Shown here: positions 37,601 through 48,580 of the stretch, piece by piece
How positions within the stretch are numbered: position 1 is the stretch's first letter
Layout: every line of letters starts with the position of its first letter
NCBI RefSeq assembly: GCF_030684315.1
Contig: NC_081360.1
Span: 9,156,599 to 9,220,598 of the forward strand
Direction: 5' to 3'
Length of the DNA: 64,000 nt
DNA from: Stegostoma tigrinum
Lineage: Eukaryota
Translations under genes and position numbers: made by a program
The notes under the pieces: generated by a model
What the model was told of the DNA's origin: nothing
Seen by the model: only the letters and a program-made list of their open reading frames with translations
The model's database searches: none

Positions 37601-38388
37601 CTTCTACTGAATAGTTAACTGGTCTCATTTGTAGAGAGAAAGCAGAACTAACATTTTGGGTTGGAACATTAACTTTGCTTTCTCTCCACAGATGTTGCCA
37701 GATCTGCTTTGTTCTTCCAGAAATTTCTGCTTTTATTTCTGATTTCCAGTATCCACAGTTCTTTGGTCTTTTGTCTGTGGAGGTGCGGAATTTGCTGGGA
37801 AGGGCTGGGGGTGAGCCGTTTCCAGGAATCCTCTCAAAGCGAACTTAGTGCCCTAGGGCGAGGTCAAATAGCTTTATGCTACCCTCAGAGTGAAGGGCGG
37901 CTCTGGTCCTACACAGTCAGACAGCCTGCCAACACTCACTGTCTAGAGATACACAGAAAGGCCAGAAGGGCTCCCTGATGGAACTGAGAGTCAGCACCGT
38001 TAGCAAAGGAAGCAATCTTAGTACACAAAGGTAGAAAAAGAACAAAAGAGAAATTGATGACTGAGAAAAAATGCATGACTGGAACAAGTGTGCTGTGATG
38101 TGCAGTGTCTGGCATGTGATTTTTTAATTTGTTTTCCAGGATAGATTTAGTTAAGGTTCAGTGTTTTTCATCACTGGCACAATTTAAAGATTGATAACAA
38201 ATTGATAATGTCCTTGACAGAAAGTAAAACCAGTTTTGCAAGATGACAATAATCTGTGTCTATCTCTGTTTCAAATGAAAGACTTTACTTGTAAGACAAC
38301 GCAGACATATGTAGACACTCACAGACCCCTGTACAGACACATACTACAGGTGTACAGACAATTTCACTGATGCACCCATACATACTCA

Positions 38389-38389
38389 G

Positions 38390-38421
<32 letters not shown>

Positions 38422-38425
38422 ACAC
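38389..38425. repeat. (CA)n microsatellite in a CA/TA-rich low-complexity tract
   Basis: Direct reading. Confidence 0.9.
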
Positions 38426-38929
38426 AGCAGAGACATCCAGATACACACATACAGTGATACATAAACAAAGACCCAAAGTATACACATATACACACATACC
38501 AATATATATGCAGGCACACAAAAGAACACAATATCCTTGTTCTATGGGTACATGTGGGATCTAGATCAACCGACCCACACCAGCAACTGCTAAGGTCACC
38601 AGTTAAAAGCCCTGCCTTGGTTCTCTGGCTGTGTTGTCGAATATTAGGCTTTCGACCCATGATCCCCCATCATGCCGCCATATCCCATCCACACCAACGC
38701 AGGCTGACACATGGCCCCACAGACACCCAATAGCCCCTCATACTATCCATGCAAATGAATGCCCCTCCACTTATCTCCATGGGCCCTTATAGCCCTAAAA
38801 CAAACTTAGTGCCAAAGCTCAACCCATACATACAAAGAGACACCCATACATACAATGATGGATGTAAACAAGCACAGAGAGAGATACACATATGTCATGG
38901 CATTACAAGATACTGGTGACAGCACATTT

Positions 38930-39702
38930 GAAGCACTGCATATAATCCTGGTTGCCCTGCTAATTGGAAGAACGTTATTAAAATGGAAAAGGTGCAAAAA
39001 AGATTTACAAGGATGTTACTAAGACTGGAGGGTTTGAATTATAAGAGGAGGCTGGATAGGCTGGGACTTTTATTGCTGGAGCATCAGAGGCTCAAGGGTG
39101 ACCTTACAGATCATGAGGGGCATGGATAGGGTGAATTGCCAAGGTCCTTTTCCCAGGGTAGGGAAGTTCAAAACCAGAGGAGAGAGATTTTAAAAAGAAA
39201 TAACAGGTAATTTTTTTACATAGAGGGTTATTCGCCTGAGGAAGTAGTGAATGTGGATCCAATTACAATGTTTAAAAGATATTTAGAAAAATGTATGAAT
39301 AGGAAAGGTTGAAGGGATATGGCCCAGAAGCAGGCAAGTGAGGCTAGTTTAGTTTGGAATTATGTTCGGCAAGGTTTGGTTGGGCTGAAGGGGCTACTTT
39401 CGGTGCTGTATGACTCCATGGCTCTACAGCACACAGGTTTAAGGTGAGAGGGGAAAGATTTAAAAGGGACGTGAGAGGCAACTTTTTCACACAGAGGGTT
39501 GTGCTTGTATGGAACAAGCTGCCAAAGAAAGTCATAGAAGCGAGTACAATTACAACATTTAAAAGACAGTTGAACAGGTACATGGTTAGGAAAGGTTTAG
39601 AGAGATATGTGTCAAAAATTGGTAAATGGAGCTAATTCAGTTTAGGAAACATGGATGAGCTGGGCTGAAAGGTTTGTTTCCATCGCATAAGAATCTATGA
39701 CT
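38930..39702 (+). mobile_element. Two tandem CR1 3' fragments
   Basis: RGERFKRDVRGNFFTQRVVLVWNKLP; two successive 3' tails at ~39420 and ~39700. Confidence 0.8.
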
Positions 39703-41912
39703 GTAAATACTTAGACAAACATACAAAAGCATATTTAGATGTGCACACACACAAATATACATACCTCCGCAGATAAAGATGTGCATATACCGACACATAT
39801 ATATATATAGAAAAATGTAAATACATTCCTACATCTGACAACTAAATCTTCCAGTGCATCTTCTCTTCTGAAAGCATTTTTAATATACAAGAGACAGTGA
39901 GGGAGGAAATGGAGAGGGAAAGAGTAGGAGATGAACACTGAGCACAAGGACACATAAACATAGAAATATAGAATGGAAGAGAGATGGACAAAAAAAAGAA
40001 CAAGACAGACAAAGTAAAAACAAAGTAGGAGAGAGAGAAAAACACGAAAGAGATGAAGTATGAAACATGAAAACAGACAATCTGAGAGATTCAGAAAGAA
40101 AGACAAAGAAACAACTCAGCGAATATTTGGGGCAGACAGAGAGAGTGAGAGTTAGACCACAAGAGATATATCGGAAGATGTAAGTGGTAATCATTCTCCA
40201 AACACCAGGTTATATGAAATTCTGCAAAATAAGGTTATACAACCAGGCCCAACAACTGACATGCTGCAATGAAGACAAATGCTTTGGAAAAGACATGGTT
40301 GAGTGAAGATTCTGTAATGCTTCAATACACATCTTTCTAATATTCTGATTTCTGGACCAGCATCAAAGTCTAATTGAATATACCTGAGGTCACCTGTCAA
40401 ATTAATCCAGATAAATTTGTTTCCTTTGATGGCTAATTTAAGTTTACTTTCATGTGTTAAATTTTAAATATCCTGAGTTTCACACATTTGAGCCACCTAC
40501 AGGTGCTAACGATGACGGGCCAAATGGCCTCCTCAATGCCGTACTGACTGTACGTGATAAGATAGTGAATAACTAATACAGGTTAAAGGTCTTTACACAG
40601 AAAGAGGTTACAATGTGAAAGTTAGTGCACATTGACTGATATGAATGGCAATAAAAGAAAAGTTAGATAAATACAAAGGCTGAAGGGAATGGAAAGCTGG
40701 TAGGATTAAACGACTTGGAGTGAATAGGAGCTTGGATACAGCATAAATACCAGTAAACGATCTGTTGGGTTGAATGGCCTATTTCTGGACTGGATATTTC
40801 ATATCAATCTTCACTTGCGAAGGTCATCTCTCCACACTCACACCATTCAATTCAGCTTCTAAGGCTTTTCTTACAGCCTGTTCCTTTACGCTCAGAATAA
40901 TTCTAATATCTTTTCTGTGCACCCTCACATGCATATCCCACTTACGGTGGAGACCACAATGAGTGCACATTGCACAACCTGAACGGCATTATGTTACCGT
41001 GTCCCAATTCTGGGTGACTCAATATTTTGTTACATTTGTTAATTACTTTCTCATGTTAGTAACTATGACAGTGCTTTTTTACAAATGCACATGAGCTCCA
41101 TGAAGAAGAGAAACACAGTCTTTTGGGAGGAGGTTGTAATTTAATGTGGGTAAGTCTGAAGCTATGAAATTTGGGAGAAACAAGATGGGGAGGCAACACT
41201 GGTGCTTTCAGTGAGTTAAAAATCTCATCCAATCTGTCCTGATTTACCCGACAGCTGTAGCCATTCAGTTTCGATACCATTCCAAGAATGGACATGTCCT
41301 GCTGACTGACTATAGAGTTTATTCTGTGACCCTGTGCTCCCAGCGAAAAATCACTGGCAGAAGGAGTAGCAGCTTGATAGAGGATCAATACCCTGGTTCA
41401 CTGACGCACCCTCCTCACCAGCCAATTCTCATGCTTGTCTTCAGAAAGATAGTTTAGAGAGCGAAGCTAGCCCCCATCCTCCAATCCAACTGAAAATCTA
41501 ACTACAAATACAGGTGGGACACTGAAATAACCAAAACAGCTTCAAGAGTACAATCAGCTCAATACCACACATGGTTTTGAATCAAATGCAACTCTAGAAA
41601 CATCAATTTGTGTGGTGGAAATGTCTTCATTTGAAATAATCTCACATTAGACCTGAAAAGCCTCGACGGATTTTTTAAATTTAATTCTAACCTAGTGTGC
41701 TATTTAACTAGGGAATTGCTGAGGTCAATGTTGTGTTATACAACAACTGGGTCTCCAGTGCATCCATAGCTGTTGCCCACTGGAACACTTGCATCTCAGT
41801 TCTTACTAATTACATCCTAGGCCTTTTTAGGCAATGCAGCAACATATAACAGTGGGATTTTATACTTATTCACACTGAGCTCATAGGCGACCAGTTTTTC
41901 TGGAAAACGTAC

Positions 41913-42054
41913 GTGGACACTTCTTGACACAGAATGCTCCATACGTATACTTGGCGTTGGGATTGGGCTCCACCTGGAAAGTTATAGTGTTGTAAAAGAA
42001 TGGCAAAGGGCACTGAATAACACAGGCTCCGCTGTCGTTGAAATTGGTACAGGC
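41913..42054 (-). CDS. ERBB4: ERBB4 exon 7 equivalent (domain II, dimerisation arm)
   Basis: 142 nt, ag|...|gtacgt; [47 protein letters not shown](H). Confidence 0.95.
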
Positions 42055-43114
42055 CTGCAAAGTAAAGAGATGTCATAATTACAGAGAATAAGTGCAGCCA
42101 TTACACCCTACTCAGAAAAACTGCAACTTGAGACTCTCAATGTTTGAGATACTGAGCGCCATAATGAAACAGAACTACAAATATTACAGCCAGGAAAGAG
42201 ACTTCTCAGCCCGTCTTGCCAGCCTGCTGCCAGCACTTTGACCTGAGCTATTACTTCAATGCAACCTCCAGATGCTCTTATTTTCTTCCTTTTTCAAATT
42301 TCTCTGGCAAATGATGATGTATTTTCAGTTTTGGGCTGGGACTATTACAATGGGAACCTCACCGTAAGAATCCTGTGTGAAGCAAGTACTTATTGCATGA
42401 CAAATCCCATTCCTAATTCAGATACTAAACAATCTCACTTAAAGACAGAAGTGGCAAGACATTCATAACTGAAGGGGAGTTTTGGAATACTTTGTTGGAG
42501 TAAAGTGTGAGAGAACTCCACCAGTATCCCTTCACCGAGTCACCCCTTATTTAAACATAGAGAGTCCTTGGCATTGAACCAGCTCCCTAAGGGCCAGCTT
42601 TCAGAGTGAACAGAACCTCTGGCACTCTTGCTCTTTTCTGTCAGCCAGGGTTTTCTGATGTGACCAGATGAACAGCACCAACCAAGGAACTCATTCTGTG
42701 AGGTCCATCTGGCTGACCTCAATACAATCATTGCATAGTGTGTAGCCTGTATCTAACCTTTGGCCACTGTAAAGGGTGCTTTATTCAGTAGCGAACTGGT
42801 GCAGTGGCTGGTCCTGGGAATAATTAACAACACAGAATCGGGTTTGGGTGTGTGGGCTGAATGGTCTTATTCTCCGTCATATATGTTTCAATGACCTTTA
42901 CTGGGAATGATTGATGGGCAGATCAGTAATCCCTTTTTATTGTAGGAATTTCTTATTTATTAAGTGCCTACAGGATGTGTTCCACAAATAGTAAAAGCAG
43001 TTTCGGGTTGACTCATAAATTTTCGTTCAGTAAGCAATAAACTGAAACTTCATCTTGATGCGCACTTGATTAGATCAGTTTGTTTCAGAAGAAAATTTAC
43101 TAGTACTATTCATG

Positions 43115-43712
43115 CGATGTGCTTCTGAGGCTTTATAAAGCTCTAGTTAGGCCCCATGTAGAATACTGTGTCCAATTTTGGGCCCCACACCTCAGGAAGG
43201 ACATACTAGCCCTGCAGCGTGTCCAGCAGAGATTCACACGGATGATCCCTGGAATGGTAGGTTTAACGTATGATGAACGGCTAAGGATCCTGGGATTGTA
43301 CTCATTAGAGTTTAGAAGGTTGATGGGAGATCTAATAGAAATGTAAGATAATGTATGGCTTAGAAGGGGTGGACACTAGGAAGTTGTTTCCGTTAGGCAG
43401 GGAGACTAGGACCCGTGGGCACAGCCTTAAAATTAGAGGGGGTAAGTTTAAAACTGAAATGAGACGACATTTCTTCAGCCAGAGAGTGGTGGGCTTGTGC
43501 AATTCATTGCCACGGAGTGCAGTGGAGGCCGGGACATTGGATGCCTTCAAGGCAGAGATCGACAAATTCTTGATATCAGAAGGAATCGAGGGCTACGGGG
43601 AGAGTGCAGGGGAGTGGAGTTGAAATGCCCATCAGCCATGATTTAAATGGCGGAGTGGACTTGATGGGCCGAATGGCCTTATTTCCACTCCTATGTCTTA
43701 TGGTCTAATGGC
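43115..43712 (+). mobile_element. CR1 LINE 3' fragment
   Basis: LYKALVRPHVEYCVQFWAPHLRKD...FFSQRVVGLCNSLP; tatgtcttatggtc tail. Confidence 0.9.
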
Positions 43713-44509
43713 CTTATTCCCAGTGAGAAAAGATCCTCATGATAATTTTAAACGTCTGTTTATTCCTTGGATCAGACAGACATAAAAAGGTTGGATGTTA
43801 CAAATTATAATAAATCCCCAGGTTGGGTTAATATTTCCAAACAAAGTTAGCTTAATCAGAATTACTTTTTACGACCTGTTTTAAGTCCTAATCTTTCTCA
43901 TGAACCAATGCATACATTTTTTCAAATAGTTCTTTGTACCAGAGAATTCACCCAGGGAAAACACATTCTCTAATTTAGGTTGTTCTCCCAGGACATCAGC
44001 CAGAAGGTCTAAAGGTTAAGTTTGTAAAGGTACATTATCATGCATTCATATACAGGTCAAGTGGTAATTAAAAATTAGCTTAAAGACAACTGTTGCTCTA
44101 TTAAAGAGTTATTGGACATGCATGTGTTTGGAATGTCACTACCGTCATGGCTGCAGGCAGGGTGTTGTCCCAGATACTTTATCAACCCCATCACTAATCT
44201 TTTGTACAGGTTGTAAAAAGTAAGAGGATACAAGTGGGAATTCACAGCAATAACAACCATCGAGCGAGGAACAACAAGTTCTTCTCTATTTAACTAGCAC
44301 AGCGAAGCACAATGGGGCACTGCATCATAATGGCGCTAGCCCTTTTAAAGCACTGCTACCTCTGCAAGGCACTTTTGCCTGTCTCAGATGATTCAGCAAT
44401 TCCTCATCTGGAAATGTATGTCCACAGTAGCAACAGTTCTGGGGACCACTTATATGAAGTTTTGTACCTTCTCAATTGTTGACATACCAATCCATGGGGG
44501 AAGCAATGA

Positions 44510-45095
44510 ATTAGTGATACTGTGACATGATTTAAATGTGCAAAGTTACTGTACTGAATGTGAAACCAGTCAGTGTTATTGTCATGAATGTGAAATAGAT
44601 CAGTATTACTGTAAGAAATATGAAATAGGCCAAGGTTACTGTAATGAACATGAAATGGGTCAGTGTTACTGTAATGAACAGGAAATGAGCCAGTGTCACT
44701 GTAAGGAACAGGAAATGAGCCAGTGTTATGTAATGTACATGAAACAGCCAGGATTTTCCTGCAATGAACTTGAAATGGGCCAGTGTTGCTGGGCCAATAG
44801 TGAAACATGATCATGTTTATTGTAAAGAACGTGATACGCGTCAATGGTGCTGTAATGATCGTGAAATTGTCCAGTATCACTGTAATGAACTTGAAATATG
44901 CCAGTGTTACCATAACAACTGTGAATTGAGATAATGTCACTGCAATGAATATGAACTGGGTTCACAATTATACCATACTTCATTTGCAATGGATCACTGT
45001 TACTACAGTGACCTTGATGCGCATCGGGCTACAGTAATGACCTTGAAATGGATTAATGAAACTGTAAAAAGCTCGAGATTGGTCAATGTTACTTG
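44510..45095. repeat. Degenerate 30-bp minisatellite (~18-19 units)
   Basis: Consensus approximately CAGTGTTACTGTAATGAACATGAAATGGGC; units start at 44571, 44601, 44631, 44661, 44691 and so on. Confidence 0.88.
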
Positions 45096-45106
45096 CAGTT
45101 ACGTAC

Positions 45107-45225
45107 AAAACAATCTGTGTCCTTTGGCCCTGAGCAGCCACCCGCACATTCCCGATGGCAGCAGTCGCTGACAAATGGGCTGAAGCATCGCTCATCACAC
45201 TGCTGGGCACACACCGTCTTCGTGA
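45107..45225 (-). CDS. ERBB4: ERBB4 exon 6 equivalent (domain II)
   Basis: 119 nt, ag|...|gtacgt; [39 protein letters not shown]. Confidence 0.96.
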
Positions 45226-45929
45226 CTGCAAAGAAAACCAAAGTGGTAATCCAAAGTGGGAGCACACCATTGTCAAACTTCCCTTTCAACAGAACATCCA
45301 ACATTCAGCATCTGTTTTCTGCTGTTAAATTACAGGCACACTTTAGAGGAATGATTTCACAATACGCTGGGAGCATGTCTTAGTGGGAGATAAATACATT
45401 TAAATGTTTCCAATTAATCTTTCCTACACCTAGTTACTGTATTCCCTGTGGATTGGCAAAATAGCTTTACATGAAACTTTTTTTCATGAATCACTCTTTA
45501 ACATTAAAAGCAAACTATTATTGAAAGCAAAGATGGGGCTTTTAGGAGATTGGCTCCTGCTCCCGCAATGTGCCCAAACATATTCACCATATTTAGACAA
45601 ACCTCAACTTTTTTTGTACACAAATCTAAAACACAGAATTTGTTTACATGTAAGTAAAGCAAGGCTGTGAAAATTATTGACAATTCAGGTGTCAGAAGCT
45701 GATGAGATAAATATTCTTACTGAGAAGTGTACTGAGAATTCGACAGGAGAAGATGAACAAATCACTACGGGGCCTCAAATTTAACTTATGCAGTAATCAA
45801 GGTACACACCACATCCACACGTGAGAGTAGTTAGCACATATATTTGTTACTCAACTACATTTAGGAGATCTTGTGGCACATCCCTCCCTAATAGTCAGAA
45901 GCTCCATTCCAAGGCTTTTTGTAAATATA

Positions 45930-46206
45930 AAATCCCCACAGTGTGGAAACAGGCCCCTAGGCCCAGCAAGTCCATACCAACCCTCAGAGCATCCCCTTAT
46001 AATCCACCTAATCTACACATGTGTGAACACTACCGGCAATTTAATATGGTCTGCATATCTTCGGACGATGGGAGGAAACCCGTAGGAAACCAACGCAGGC
46101 ATGTGGAGAACATGTAAACTCCGGACAGACAGTCACCAGAGGGTGGAATTGAACCCTGGCTCCTGGCGCTGTGAGGCAGCAGTGCTAACCACTGAGCCAC
46201 CATGTC
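45930..46206 (-). mobile_element. HE1/V-SINE
   Basis: ggcgctgtgaggcagcagtgctaaccactgagccacc. Confidence 0.88.
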
Positions 46207-46576
46207 AACAAAGGTGCATTCATAATGCAGTCAAACAGGTGGAATAACAACTTGTAAATCTATCCAACAAACACTAATGGCAGGGAGTAAGGGCTGATCC
46301 GATCTGGTCAGCTACATGATGAAAGAGATGTTGGAGCCTCCATCATCACGATCTGTAGCCCCAGGCCACAGCAACAGGGAGATCTTTTAGGAGGTTCAAT
46401 TGACCCGATACCTGATGCAAATCAAATTGGTGCAAGCAAAAAGGGGTTCAATCCCCATTCTGGCTGAGATTCAGGACCTACTCCCTTGCCCTACCCTGGT
46501 GGAGATCGTGTGGCTGTCAGTCGGAGCTGCCTTTTGGGCAGGGAATCTATATATATGCGTGTACATATTACAAACT

Positions 46577-46603
46577 ACATATATATATATATATATATAT
46601 ATA
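46577..46603. repeat. (TA)n microsatellite
   Basis: Direct reading. Confidence 0.9.
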
Positions 46604-47729
46604 CGCTTCTGCATTGTTGTAAAGTCCAACTGTGTAAATAAAAAGGCAAACTAGATAAATTACATATTATATATATGTGTATATATACATATGTCCAATG
46701 TATATTACACAATGAGACCTGGTATACTGTCACAGCAGAACATTCTACCAGGAGGAGGCAGTCACTGAGCTTGCCGATTGACAGTGTGATATTATAGAGA
46801 AAGCAGAATCGTTCAAGCTCACTTATAGTAAATGGTCAGCTGACTTGGAAATTGCTGTGCTCAATCTTGATTCAGAGACTCACCAATCTAAAAGAGGTGC
46901 AGAATGTTCAGCTTCTCTGAATTGGGAGCCTGACCTGGAACTTAACAACATACTTTGCAGAAAAGCGCTGAAAACCTAAGACTAACTGTTCACAGTAGCT
47001 GAGATGGAGTTGAGACTTCTAAAAGCATAATTTAAAAAATTGCAGTGAAGGTGCAGTCTGAGATTAGGCACTTTAGTTCTATGAGCTTTCAGTGATCCAT
47101 ACCGTGTATTCTTCTTTCTTTTTGTGCCATGGGTAATGGAGGATTAATACTGCAATTTTCATTATAAGTGGGCAGTAATTTTACCATTACGAGCATCTTC
47201 TTCCATTTGCCTATTATAGCAAGCCAACTGGCATATTGGTTTCTTTTCATTCTGTAAGTTGACCTTCATTACATCCAGTTTTTCAAAATTGTTTCCAACA
47301 TTTCTTATGCTTGAGTTTCCGTGTAGTGTCCCAGACTGAAAATGCTGTTAATCTGCTGTTGCTGCTCAAAAATGTTTGGAGAGACAGGCTCTGCTTTAGC
47401 GACTTCCCCTTGTGGCAGCTTCTCAGAGGGCACAAACTTCCAAAGGTAAGGTCTTCGCAGCTGGTTCAATGAAGATTCAATGTGCTCTAGCTGAGGATAT
47501 GGCACAGTGGAGGTCACTGTGATAACATGAATGCTTTCAGGCACATTACAGTTAGATTTCTAAATTAAAAAGCAAAACTGCTTCTAACTCTCCTTTCAAA
47601 TGATTACTAATGTGAACATCCATGTAAATAAACATAGGCAAATGTGTATGAGTGTACATATGTTTGTGTGCTTTGGTAAGTGCAATACACATATATGTGT
47701 ACAGACCATTATATATTTATGTATGTTTG

Positions 47730-48580
47730 AACATTAGAAATAGGGGCTAGAGCAAACTAACTGATCCCTCAAAGCTTTTCTGCCATTCATTATGATCATG
47801 GCTACATTTCACCTCAGGTCCACTATCCCTTGTATCCTTGGGAAATATATTTGCTTCAGCCTTGAACATATGTAATAATGGAGCACCCATGACCCTCTGG
47901 AGAAGCCAATCCCAAAGACTAACAACCCTCCAGGTGAAGAAATTCCTCCACAGTTTAGTCCTGAATGGTCAGCCCTTTGTTGTGTGAGTGCTCCTTGGTG
48001 TTTTAGATTTCCAAGCTGGGGAAACAGCGTCACAGCATCTACCTTGTATAGAACTCTCACCCCTTTTTCCTGTAGAGAGTGTCTCATGTATCAGCCAGTC
48101 ATCTACTGGCTGGGTGCTTTAGCCTCAAACAAAGTAATGAAAAAACCAGAGAGGAATTCCAGATGGATATCTCAAATTCCAGAGGCTGAGGAGAGAAATC
48201 TCAATCTGAAGAAGGTAGGTGTTGGGAGCCTCTTCATACAAAACCAACCCACACAGGGAGCAATTGCCAGATAGGGTAGTGGACGCTACTTAGGTGCTGC
48301 AACGGAAAATAAGGCCACAAGAAATAGGAACAGGAAGAGGCCATTCAGACCCTTCAACATGCTCCATTCTTCACTAGGATCACAGCTGATCTGACATTCC
48401 TCACATCCTACTTTTCTGCACTTTCCCCATAGTCCTCAATTCCCCTACTGATCAAGAATCTATCTATCTCAGCCTTAGACATGCACGAAGACTGTGCAGC
48501 ACTACATGCCCCCCCTACCCAAACTCCACCCCCTACAACTCACTGTGTCAGGGAGTTCCAAAGACTCGCAGCCCTGTATG
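47730..48580 (-). mobile_element. Two CR1 3'-end fragments (~47730-48060 and ~48320-48580)
   Basis: Reverse CR1 tails (gaaataggaacagga, atcaagaatctatctatctcagcctt, gtgaagaaattcctc). Confidence 0.7.

Noticed and set aside
39735-40194. Hydrophobic ORFs resembling membrane proteins
   Set aside because: Translation artefact of an AG-rich low-complexity tract.
44510-45095. 30-bp periodic array as a CRISPR array or repeat-protein gene (ORFs 44404..44940 and 44538..44810)
   Set aside because: Units are head-to-tail with no unique spacers and there are no cas genes in a vertebrate intron. The ORFs follow from the 30-nt period, and exon 6 read-through stops after VRNCK.
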